Assembly: GCF_037013405.1 (NCBI RefSeq)
Contig: NZ_CP146064.1
Location: 180,001-212,000 of the forward strand
DNA: 32,000 bases
Source: Candidatus Nanosynbacter sp. BB002
Lineage (GTDB): Bacteria; Patescibacteriota; Saccharimonadia; Saccharimonadales; Saccharimonadaceae
Reading direction: 5' to 3'
Positions 18,657 through 26,282 of the stretch are shown here, piece by piece. The position numbers and the translations under genes were made by a program. The notes below the pieces were generated by a model. It worked only from the letters and a program-made list of their open reading frames with translations. It was not told the origin of the DNA and did no database searches. The stretch's first letter is position 1. Each line of letters starts with the position of its first letter.

Positions 18657-19916
18657 ATGAAAATTGTTATTGCAGGATATGACGTAGAAGGTAGGTCGAG
18701 CTACGCGTATTTTCAGCGCAAGTTTCCAGACACACAGTTGATGATAGTGGATGAACGAGAACTACGTGACGTACCAGCGGGTGCGGAGGTTTGCACTGGT
18801 GCAGGGGTATTTTCTGATCAGTTTTATGACGTTGATATGGTAGTGAGAACGGCTGGATTGCCGCCAAGCCGTATCAAGACCAGTGGTACTATATGGTCGG
18901 CGACCAATGAGTTTTTCGCACAGTGTTCAGCGTCCATCATCGGCGTGACGGGGACAAAAGGTAAGGGGACGACTTGTAGTTTGATCACTAGTATACTGCG
19001 TGCTGCTGGCAAAACAGCCCATCTTGTTGGGAATATTGGTGTTCCATCGTTGGACGTGCTGCCACAGATTCAGCCAGATGATATCGTGGTGTATGAATTG
19101 AGCAGTTTTCAGTTGTGGGATTTGGAAAAATCTCCGCACGTTGCAGTCGTCTTGATGATTGAGCCAGACCATCTGGACAGGCACGATGATTTTGCTGATT
19201 ATCTTGATGCAAAATCGCATATTGCCAAATTTCAAACGGCTCAAGATATCCTCATTTACAACAGGAATAATCAGTTTAGCCAGCAGATCGCTGCCAAGTC
19301 ACCAGCGCGTCAGTTGTCATATCCGATTGATTTGTCAACGGACATGCAGCAAGCACTCAAATTGCCAGGCGTGCACAACCAGGAAAATGCTAGCGCGGCA
19401 GTGTTGGTAGCTAAGACGGTGATGCCGGAGTTGTCAGATGACGTGATTTGTCGGGGGCTTGCCGGTTTTACGGGCTTGCCACATCGGCTCAAGTTTGTGG
19501 CAGAAAAACGAGGAGTGAAGTTTTATGATGATAGCATCTCGACGACGCCAGGCAGTGCGGTGGCTGCATTGCGGTCATTTCAGCAGCCAAAGGTGATGCT
19601 CCTTGGTGGAGCAGACAAAGGCGGTGATTACACGGAGTTGGCCGAGGAATTAGCACGCTCACAGTCACTAAGAGGTGTTATTGTCAGTGGCGGCAATGCT
19701 GATGATATTGCAAAAGCGTTGCAAAAAGCTGGTTTGCCAGATGCGACGATAGTGCAAAAAGGCGTGATACCGATGACCGAAGTTGTGTGGTATGCCCTCG
19801 ATATTGCTCAACCGGGAGATGTTGTAATTTTGAGTCCAGCTGCCGCTAGCTTTGACCAGTACGCAAACTACACAGCCCGTGGCGAAGCCTTTGTTGAGGC
19901 TGTCGCGGAGTTATAA
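18657..19916 (+). CDS. murD: UDP-N-acetylmuramoyl-L-alanine--D-glutamate ligase
   Basis: Mur ligase P-loop GVTGTKGKGTT, LPGVHNQENA, GLPHRLKFV and DDSISTTP (MurD-like). The ATG at 18657 is 2 nt after the upstream stop codon, and the ORF-caller GTG at 18600 overlaps the M16 gene. Confidence 0.85.
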   Translation: MKIVIAGYDVEGRSSYAYFQRKFPDTQLMIVDERELRDVPAGAEVCTGAGVFSDQFYDVDMVVRTAGLPPSRIKTSGTIWSATNEFFAQCSASIIGVTGTKGKGTTCSLITSILRAAGKTAHLVGNIGVPSLDVLPQIQPDDIVVYELSSFQLWDLEKSPHVAVVLMIEPDHLDRHDDFADYLDAKSHIAKFQTAQDILIYNRNNQFSQQIAAKSPARQLSYPIDLSTDMQQALKLPGVHNQENASAAVLVAKTVMPELSDDVICRGLAGFTGLPHRLKFVAEKRGVKFYDDSISTTPGSAVAALRSFQQPKVMLLGGADKGGDYTELAEELARSQSLRGVIVSGGNADDIAKALQKAGLPDATIVQKGVIPMTEVVWYALDIAQPGDVVILSPAAASFDQYANYTARGEAFVEAVAEL

Positions 19917-19929
19917 GACACGGATCTGA

Positions 19930-19938
19930 TGGTATAAT
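19930..19938 (+). promoter_or_regulatory. Extended -10 box TGgTATAAT, 7 nt before the prfB ATG
   Basis: TATAAT at 19933-19938, ATG at 19946. Confidence 0.55.
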
Positions 19939-19945
19939 GGGTTCT

Positions 19946-21034
19946 ATGCAGCCATTGAAAAAACGGGTCCAATCTCTTCGCAGTGAAGTCATGCAGGCTA
20001 AACAAGCATTGCAGTTTGATGCGCTTGCTGAAGAATTGGCAGTACTAGAAGAGCAATTAAATCAGCCCGAGATTTGGAATAACCCCGACCATGCTCAGTC
20101 AGTCGCCAAAAAGGTAGCCGCGTTGCGTCAAACGGTGCAGCCGTGGCAGGTGTTGGGTGTTCAACTGGATGATTTGCTGGAACTCATGGAGCTGGGGGAT
20201 GATGATTTGTTGGACGAGTTTACCAAGCAAATAGATGCTCTGGAGACGGAATTCTCGGCCCGCAAGACAGATCTATTGTTTAGCGGGAAATATGATGGTC
20301 GTGAGGCGGTGGTTCGCATCTCGGCAGGTGTTGGTGGCTTGGATGCTCAAGATTTTGCGCAGATGCTGGAGCGTATGTATTTGCGGTGGGCGGAACGATC
20401 TGGCATGAAAACTGATGTTTTGGAGCGGTCTGCGAATGATGATGGTGGTTTGAAAACCGTTGTGTTGGAAATATCGGGACCGTTTGCGTATGGTAAATTG
20501 CGCTCAGAAAATGGCGTGCATCGTTTGGTGCGACTCAGTCCGTTTAATGCTGATAATTTGCGCCAGACTAGCTTTGCGTTGGTTGAGGTGCTGCCAAAAA
20601 TTGATACACCAGACGAAGTGGACATTGACCCGAGTGATCTAAAAATAGATGTTTACCGTAGTGGTGGCAAGGGTGGACAGGGAGTGAATACGACCGACTC
20701 AGCGGTTCGTGTCACGCACGTGCCGACGGGAATTGTAGTGGCGATTCAAAATGAGCGAAGTCAGATTCAAAACAAAGAAACTGCGTTGAAAATTTTGCGC
20801 TCAAAATTACTGGCAATGCAACTGGAACAGCACGCGGACAATTTGTCGGACCTTAGGGCTGGTGAATCAGCTAACTGGGGCAGTCAAATACGAAATTATG
20901 TGTTGCATCCGTACACCCTGGTTAAAGATACTCGGACCAAACATGAAGACCGAGATACGCAGGGTGTGCTAGACGGTAAGATTGATGATTTTATGACGGC
21001 ATTTCTTAGTCAAAATGCGTCGAAAGACGAATAA
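19946..21034 (+). CDS. prfB: Peptide chain release factor 2, one uninterrupted frame (no programmed +1 frameshift)
   Basis: SPF tripeptide (RLSPFNA) and GGQ motif (SGGKGGQGVNTTDSAVR). The frame is continuous through the region homologous to the E. coli CUU UGA C site (here CAG TTT GAT at 20012-20020). Confidence 0.93.
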   Translation: MQPLKKRVQSLRSEVMQAKQALQFDALAEELAVLEEQLNQPEIWNNPDHAQSVAKKVAALRQTVQPWQVLGVQLDDLLELMELGDDDLLDEFTKQIDALETEFSARKTDLLFSGKYDGREAVVRISAGVGGLDAQDFAQMLERMYLRWAERSGMKTDVLERSANDDGGLKTVVLEISGPFAYGKLRSENGVHRLVRLSPFNADNLRQTSFALVEVLPKIDTPDEVDIDPSDLKIDVYRSGGKGGQGVNTTDSAVRVTHVPTGIVVAIQNERSQIQNKETALKILRSKLLAMQLEQHADNLSDLRAGESANWGSQIRNYVLHPYTLVKDTRTKHEDRDTQGVLDGKIDDFMTAFLSQNASKDE

Positions 21035-21054
21035 TATTTAGCTACCAAATATCC

Positions 21055-21083
21055 TTGACTTTTTAGCAATCAAGTGCTATCAT
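21055..21083 (+). promoter_or_regulatory. Near-consensus promoter TTGACT-17-TGcTATCAT, 6 nt before the ATG at 21090
   Basis: TTGACT at 21055-21060, a 17-nt spacer, TATCAT at 21078-21083. Confidence 0.65.
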
Positions 21084-21089
21084 TTGAAT

Positions 21090-21305
21090 ATGAAGGTGTT
21101 GGATTTTCAAAAGGTTCAGGAAATTGATTCTCACATTCAAGATTTGCTGAGTGAGTTGAGCACGCTCTACCGAGAGCGCAATGAGATTTTTTCTGGTGCA
21201 GACAAGGAAACCAAAGCAAAGAAGAATCGTCGTATTGCAAAGCAGTCAACGAACACTTTGGAAAACCTGGATTTTTCGACATTTGACTTGAGCCTCAAAG
21301 ACTAG
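21090..21305 (+). CDS. Hypothetical small helical protein (71 aa)
   Basis: It has its own strong promoter. The sequence is charged and coiled-coil-like (QEIDSHIQDLLSELSTLYRERNEIF). I recognise no family. Confidence 0.5.
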   Translation: MKVLDFQKVQEIDSHIQDLLSELSTLYRERNEIFSGADKETKAKKNRRIAKQSTNTLENLDFSTFDLSLKD

Positions 21306-21346
21306 GTGAAAGCAGAAGCATTATATTCGCGCTTTTTGATAAAAAG

Positions 21347-21355
21347 TGTTACACT
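21347..21355 (+). promoter_or_regulatory. Extended -10 box TGtTACACT, 8 nt before the ftsE ATG
   Basis: TACACT at 21350-21355, ATG at 21364. Confidence 0.45.
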
Positions 21356-21363
21356 AATACAGT

Positions 21364-22047
21364 ATGATTCTGTTGGATAGGGTTACAAAGAGTTACACCA
21401 AAACAGGCAAGCCTGCCATCAATCGCGTCAGCGTGCATGTGAAGGCCGGGGAGTTTGTCATTTTGGTTGGTACGAGCGGTGCTGGTAAATCAACATTGTT
21501 GAAATTATTAACGCGTGAAGAAAAGCCTTCAAGTGGCAAGATTGTTGTTGGTGGTATTGATTACGACACGCTCAAAGACAAGCACATTCCGTTATTGCGT
21601 CGAAAAATTGGTGTTGTATTCCAGGATTTTAAACTGCTACCAAACCGAACGGTGTTTGAGAATGTGGCCTTTGCGCTGGAGATTGCCGGGATGACTAACC
21701 GTGAGATCAAGTCGACCGTGCCAAAAGTCATTGAACTAGTCGGACTCAAAGGCAAAGAAAAGAACTTCCCACATCAGCTATCTGGTGGTGAGCGCCAGCG
21801 AGTGGCGATCGCCAGAGCAGTGGTGCGCCAGCCAAAGATATTGATCGCTGATGAGCCGACGGGTAACCTTGACCCTAAGCACAGTTGGGATATCGTGCGG
21901 CTGCTGGAAAAAATTAATAAGTACGGTACAACAGTACTACTGACGACGCATAATGTTGATATTGTGAATAAGTTGAAGCGACGGGTGATTACCATCGATC
22001 ACGGTAAAATTACGTCTGACCAGGCGAGAGGAACATATAAGCAATAA
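21364..22047 (+). CDS. ftsE: Cell division ABC ATPase FtsE
   Basis: Walker A GTSGAGKST, signature LSGGERQR, Walker B ILIADEPT. It is directly followed by ftsX. Confidence 0.9.
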   Translation: MILLDRVTKSYTKTGKPAINRVSVHVKAGEFVILVGTSGAGKSTLLKLLTREEKPSSGKIVVGGIDYDTLKDKHIPLLRRKIGVVFQDFKLLPNRTVFENVAFALEIAGMTNREIKSTVPKVIELVGLKGKEKNFPHQLSGGERQRVAIARAVVRQPKILIADEPTGNLDPKHSWDIVRLLEKINKYGTTVLLTTHNVDIVNKLKRRVITIDHGKITSDQARGTYKQ

Positions 22048-23030
22048 TGGCCAAGAAAAAGACAAACGCAAACGTAAAAGCGATGCAGCGCAACAAAATG
22101 AAGCAGCGGCGAACGTTAGCTTTTGTTCGTATGCTGCGCTATGGTGTCAATAATTTCAGCCGTAATGCTTGGTTGACAGTCGCAGCGACGGCGGTTATGA
22201 GCGTGACTTTGCTGATTATCTTTGTGACTGTGGCGGCACAGCGTATCTTGGTAAATACAACGGAGACCATCACTCAAAAGGCAAATATTTCAATTTATCT
22301 CAAAGGATCCGTGCCTGAAAAAACCGTCAACGAATTGACAGATAAGATCAAAAAATTGGATAACGTAACAGGGGTGACGTACATTTCTGCGGAACAGGCA
22401 CGCCATGAGCAAGCCCAGCGTTACAAAGATAATGTAGAAGCGCTGGAAGCTATTCGTGAAGCAAGCAATGAGCTACCAGCGACACTGCAGGTTTCAGTGA
22501 AAGACCTGAATAATTATTCTTCGCTGAAGCATTTTGTAGGGACTGATGAAACGTATCTTGCCAACAAAGACCAGCGTCGACAACCGTCATTCACTGGTGA
22601 TCGCCGCCAGGCCATTGAAACAATCGGTGGTTGGGTGCGTGTGGCGAGCATTGGTGGATCGATTGCCACTGTGGTGTTTGTGCTAATTTCTTCACTGGTG
22701 GTGTTTAACACTATTCGTATGGCCATCTTCAACCGTAAGAGCGAGATCCAGATGATGAAGCTCATCGGTGCTGAGCGTAGTTTCATCCGCGGACCGTTTG
22801 TGGTTGAGGCGATTATGTATGGATTTATCGCTGCGGTGATCGCTACGGCAGGGGGTTATGGCCTGTTGGCGTTCGCCAAGGAGCCGATGCGTAAATGGTT
22901 GCCAATTGATACGTTACTTCAGGATCTGACACCGTATGTTGGGTTAGTGCTACTGGCTATGATTCTCATTGGTGGGCTGATTGGTACGATTTCGTCATGG
23001 GTTGCGACCCATAAATACCTCAAGATTTAA
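22047..23030 (+). CDS. ftsX: Cell division permease-like protein FtsX
   Basis: TAATG overlap with ftsE. The N-terminus RNAWLTVAATAVMSVTLLI is followed by an extracellular loop domain and a C-terminal FtsX domain (MKLIGAERSFIRGPF). Confidence 0.88.
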   Translation: MAKKKTNANVKAMQRNKMKQRRTLAFVRMLRYGVNNFSRNAWLTVAATAVMSVTLLIIFVTVAAQRILVNTTETITQKANISIYLKGSVPEKTVNELTDKIKKLDNVTGVTYISAEQARHEQAQRYKDNVEALEAIREASNELPATLQVSVKDLNNYSSLKHFVGTDETYLANKDQRRQPSFTGDRRQAIETIGGWVRVASIGGSIATVVFVLISSLVVFNTIRMAIFNRKSEIQMMKLIGAERSFIRGPFVVEAIMYGFIAAVIATAGGYGLLAFAKEPMRKWLPIDTLLQDLTPYVGLVLLAMILIGGLIGTISSWVATHKYLKI

Positions 23031-23046
23031 GTCACATAAAACTTGG

Positions 23047-23076
23047 TTGACATGTGGATAGTGCTTATGCTATTAT
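23047..23076 (+). promoter_or_regulatory. Promoter TTGACA-18-TGcTATTAT, 10 nt before the ATG at 23087
   Basis: TTGACA at 23047-23052, TATTAT at 23071-23076. Confidence 0.6.
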
Positions 23077-23086
23077 GATATATAGT

Positions 23087-24220
23087 ATGAAGCAACGGTC
23101 CACCACACCAGTTTCGCACAAACAAGCCACCAAAGTAGCCTTGGTGGTGATGGCTGCCGTCGTTGCCGGAGCAGGGATTTTTCAGACCGCTGGCACGGTT
23201 TTTGCGCGAGATTATGAGGCAGAAATTAAGGCTAAACAACAAGAAGCCAATAACTACAATTCGCAGGCGGCTCGCTTGGGTGAGATGGCGGCGACTCTGG
23301 AAGAGGAATTGAACCGTTTGACCGCGCAGGTGAACGCGTTGCAATCTCAAATCATTGAAAGCCAAAATAAGATCGATTCACTGAAAGAAGAGATCAAGAA
23401 TAACGAAGCGGCGATCAACAGAAACCGTAAGACAATGGGTCAGATCTTGTCTGACATGTATGTTGATGATCAGATTTCTCCGCTGGAAATGCTGGCTAGC
23501 TCAGAGAACATTGGTGATTTTATCGACAAGCAAGAGCAGCGCAGCAGCTTGCAGGGCTCACTGAATGACAAAATCAAGGAAATCAAGCGTCTGCAAAAGA
23601 AATTGCAGGACAATAAGGCGGCCGTTGAGCGTACACTGAAGGACCAGGAAACTCAAAAGGCTCAAATGGCGGCTAAGCAGGCTGAACAGGCGAAATTGGT
23701 GAATGATACAAAGAATGACCAGGCAGCTTACTCATCTTTGGCGTCACAGCGCAATAGCGAAATTGCGAAATTGCGTGAGCAGCAGGCTGCAGAAAACTTG
23801 CGTAGTTTGCCACGAGGTAGCGTGCCATCTGGTACGCCTGGTGGTGGTGGCTACCCAGGTGCTTGGGCAAATGCTCCGTTGGATGCCTATGTCGACCCAT
23901 GGGGGTTGTATACCCGTCAGTGTGTGAGCTACGTTGCTTGGAAGGTTCACAGCACTGGTCGTTATGTGCCGCATTTCGGCGGGGCTGGTAACGCTAACCA
24001 GTGGCCATCAACCACATCCCGTCATGGTATTTCGAACGGCAGCACTCCACGAGCAGGGGCGGCAGCGGTGATAATGGGTGGTGCATATGGTCACGTGATG
24101 TATGTTGAGTCGGTAAACGGCGACGGCACTATTACGGTTAGTGACTATAACTTGGGCTGGGATGGTCTGTACCGCAATTATAAGCGCTCATCGTCTGGAC
24201 TTGTCTACATCTACTTCTAA
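23087..24220 (+). CDS. Secreted coiled-coil plus CHAP-domain peptidoglycan hydrolase (PcsB-like architecture)
   Basis: Signal/anchor segment (VALVVMAAVVAGAG), about 200 aa of heptad-rich Q/E/K/A sequence, a Gly-Pro linker, and a CHAP domain with catalytic Cys (YTRQCVSYVAWK) and His (GHVMYVESV). The ORF-caller GTG at 23054 lies within the promoter, so I use the ATG at 23087. Confidence 0.8.
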   Translation: MKQRSTTPVSHKQATKVALVVMAAVVAGAGIFQTAGTVFARDYEAEIKAKQQEANNYNSQAARLGEMAATLEEELNRLTAQVNALQSQIIESQNKIDSLKEEIKNNEAAINRNRKTMGQILSDMYVDDQISPLEMLASSENIGDFIDKQEQRSSLQGSLNDKIKEIKRLQKKLQDNKAAVERTLKDQETQKAQMAAKQAEQAKLVNDTKNDQAAYSSLASQRNSEIAKLREQQAAENLRSLPRGSVPSGTPGGGGYPGAWANAPLDAYVDPWGLYTRQCVSYVAWKVHSTGRYVPHFGGAGNANQWPSTTSRHGISNGSTPRAGAAAVIMGGAYGHVMYVESVNGDGTITVSDYNLGWDGLYRNYKRSSSGLVYIYF

Positions 24221-24236
24221 GATTTGATACCGCTCA

Positions 24237-24245
24237 TGTTATAAT
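24237..24245 (+). promoter_or_regulatory. Extended -10 box TGtTATAAT, 6 nt before the ATG at 24252
   Basis: TATAAT at 24240-24245. Confidence 0.55.
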
Positions 24246-24251
24246 GGTTCT

Positions 24252-25430
24252 ATGAGCAAGGAGAAAACACGAAACGCTCAGCTGTTTGCGTGGGCGGTAG
24301 TTATAGCGGTGGTTAGTTTTATCGCGGGTGCGCGGTCGGATCAGATATTTGCGGCGATTGCACCAAAGCTTGGCATGCGATATAGCGCTGAGCGGCTTGA
24401 TACGGAGCGTATTCAAGAGACGTATCGACAATTGAAAGCGCAGTATGATGGAAATCTGGATACTGATAAATTGATCAATGGCGCGAGTCGCGGTCTGGTG
24501 GCGGCTACTGGCGATCCGTACACGACATTCATGGACGCTGAGGAGGCCAAAGAATTTGAGAAGAGCCTGAATGGTAATATTGGTGGCGGCATCGGCGCGG
24601 AGATTGGTTTGAGAAATAATCGGCCGACAGTCGTCAGGGTGCTACGAAATAGTCCAGCGGAGGAAGCTCAAGTGAAGGCTGGTGATATCATCATTGCTGT
24701 AAATGGTAACTCAGTGGCGGATGCTACTACCGAACAGGTAGTGGAAAAGATACGCGGGGAAGTGAACACTACAGTGAAGCTACAAGTACTTCGTAATTAT
24801 CAGCGGCTAGAAATGTCGATGACGCGTAAGCAAATCACTGCACCAGCCGTGGAGCATGATATTGTTGATGGCGTTGGTATCTTGAAAGTGTACCGATTTG
24901 GTGAAGAAACTGGTACGTTGGCGCGTGCAGCGGCCGAAGCTTTCAAGCAAAACAATGTCCAGAAGGTTATTTTGGATCTTCGCAGCAACCCTGGTGGAAC
25001 AGTAACGGCGGCTCAGGCGCTGGCTGGACTGTGGCTGGATAACCAAGACATCATGACGGAGCGGCGTGGCGACAAGGTTGTTAAAACAGTCAAATCAACA
25101 GGCAAGCCACTACTACAAGACATCAAAACGGTGGTGTTGATCGATAGGTCGAGTGCCAGTGCCAGTGAAATAGTAGCGGGTGCACTGCAAGAATACAGCA
25201 AGGCGAAATTGCTCGGAGAGAAGAGTTACGGTAAGGGTAGTGTGCAGCAATTGATCAAATTGCGTGATGGTGCACAGCTCAAAGTTACGGAAGCGCGTTG
25301 GTATACGCCAAAGGGTCACACTATTGACAAGACAGGTATTGAGCCAGACGAGAAGGTGGGTTTGACCGCTAATGATATGAATTTTGGCAAAGATCCACAG
25401 ATGGACGCTGCCAAAAAGCTATCCTGGTAA
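24252..25430 (+). CDS. S41 family C-terminal processing peptidase (Ctp/Prc-like) with a PDZ domain
   Basis: N-terminal membrane anchor, PDZ domain (VVRVLRNSPAEEAQVKAGDIIIAVNG), catalytic Ser region (DRSSASASEIVAGALQ) and Lys region (GEKSYGKGSVQ). Confidence 0.88.
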   Translation: MSKEKTRNAQLFAWAVVIAVVSFIAGARSDQIFAAIAPKLGMRYSAERLDTERIQETYRQLKAQYDGNLDTDKLINGASRGLVAATGDPYTTFMDAEEAKEFEKSLNGNIGGGIGAEIGLRNNRPTVVRVLRNSPAEEAQVKAGDIIIAVNGNSVADATTEQVVEKIRGEVNTTVKLQVLRNYQRLEMSMTRKQITAPAVEHDIVDGVGILKVYRFGEETGTLARAAAEAFKQNNVQKVILDLRSNPGGTVTAAQALAGLWLDNQDIMTERRGDKVVKTVKSTGKPLLQDIKTVVLIDRSSASASEIVAGALQEYSKAKLLGEKSYGKGSVQQLIKLRDGAQLKVTEARWYTPKGHTIDKTGIEPDEKVGLTANDMNFGKDPQMDAAKKLSW

Positions 25431-25457
25431 ACGCTTGTGTTTTTCTGATGCGGGCGT

Positions 25458-25463
25458 TAGAAT
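25458..25463 (+). promoter_or_regulatory. -10 box TAGAAT, 9 nt before the ATG at 25473
   Basis: TAGAAT at 25458-25463, no SD. Confidence 0.4.
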
Positions 25464-25472
25464 AAAGATAGT

Positions 25473-25856
25473 ATGAACGCAAAGAGGAAAATATTATTAG
25501 TAGAGGACGACATGGCACTGGCAGCCGTGTATCGCGCCAGGCTGGAGCTAGAAGGCTTTGATATCAAGGAAGTGCATAATGGCGAAGATGCACTGTCCGC
25601 AACCGTTGAATATAAGCCAGATTTGATTTTGCTGGACGCCATGATGCCAAAAATCAGTGGTTTTGACGTGTTGGATATTTTGCGCAATACGCCAGAAACG
25701 GCTAATGTACGTATCATCATGTTGACAGCGCTGAGTCAGCCAAAAGATAAAGAACGGGCTGAAGGTTTGGGAGTTGACGAATACTTGGTGAAGTCTCAAG
25801 TTGTCATCGGTGATGTGGTTGCGCGGGTGAAGCACCACTTGGGGATGACAGAATAA
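25473..25856 (+). CDS. Single-domain response regulator (receiver only, CheY-like)
   Basis: KILLVEDD acidic pocket, phospho-acceptor DLILLDAMMP, and the LTA...K motif. At 127 aa it has no output domain. Confidence 0.88.
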   Translation: MNAKRKILLVEDDMALAAVYRARLELEGFDIKEVHNGEDALSATVEYKPDLILLDAMMPKISGFDVLDILRNTPETANVRIIMLTALSQPKDKERAEGLGVDEYLVKSQVVIGDVVARVKHHLGMTE

Positions 25857-25871
25857 ACCTAGTTAGTATAT

Positions 25872-25902
25872 AAAATAGTCGCCATGGAAGCGACTATTTT
25901 TA
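25872..25902. terminator. Bidirectional intrinsic terminator between the convergent response-regulator gene and rpmA
   Basis: Stem ATAGTCGC 25875-25882 / GCGACTAT 25890-25897, with an A-run on the 5' side and a T-run on the 3' side. A second small hairpin, AGCCT/AGGCT, is at 25910-25924. Confidence 0.8.
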
Positions 25903-25937
25903 TGATGGTAGCCTGTAGTAGGCTGAGATTTTTAGGC

Positions 25938-26210
25938 TTAGTCTACGCGAACTTGTGTGCGGCGTTCGGTTTTACCGGTAAATTTCTGCTTCTTGACTTT
26001 CTTAAAGCTAACCACGCCGTCTTTAGCTGCGTGAATAGTGTAGTTACGGCTCATGTACGTGCCGTCACCAGCGATCTTGGTAGCACCAGTTTGACGCACC
26101 AATACTGCACCAGCATTGACTTTTTGGCCGCCAAAGCGTTTCACGCCCAAACGCTGACCAGCATTGTTGTGGATGTTCTTGCTTGAGCTACCAGCTTTAA
26201 CCTTTGACAT
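25938..26210 (-). CDS. rpmA: 50S ribosomal protein L27
   Basis: KAGSSSKN...RLGVKRFGGQKV.AG..LVRQ.G matches the L27 signature. AAGGAG SD (26224-26219) is 8 nt upstream of the ATG. Confidence 0.93.
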   Translation of the reverse strand: MSKVKAGSSSKNIHNNAGQRLGVKRFGGQKVNAGAVLVRQTGATKIAGDGTYMSRNYTIHAAKDGVVSFKKVKKQKFTGKTERRTQVRVD

Positions 26211-26249
26211 TTGCTAAACTCCTTATAGTTTCTGTAAACAATCCTTACT

Positions 26250-26278
26250 AGTATAGACCACTACTAGTGTAATGTCAA
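26250..26278 (-). promoter_or_regulatory. Consensus-like promoter TTGACA-17-TATACT for rpmA (minus strand)
   Basis: On the minus strand, TTGACA is at 26278-26273 and TATACT at 26255-26250. The inverted repeat ACTAGTA-N8-TACTAGT (26247-26268) overlaps the -10 box and spacer. Confidence 0.65.
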
Positions 26279-26282
26279 GAAG

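Noticed and set aside
21070-21282. A 70-aa minus-strand ORF overlapping the small 21090-21305 ORF.
   Set aside because: The plus-strand frame has a near-consensus promoter at the leaderless distance and a plausible helical sequence. The minus-frame product is Cys/His/Pro-rich and has no signals.
21306-21346. CTTTTT-GAT-AAAAAG (21332-21346) and ATATTT-N7-AAATAT (21035-21053) as terminators.
   Set aside because: The stems are A/T-only 6-bp pairings with negligible stability. They are more likely just AT-rich promoter-proximal sequence.
25884-26186. A 100-aa plus-strand ORF.
   Set aside because: It is antisense to the unambiguous L27 gene and begins inside the bidirectional terminator region.
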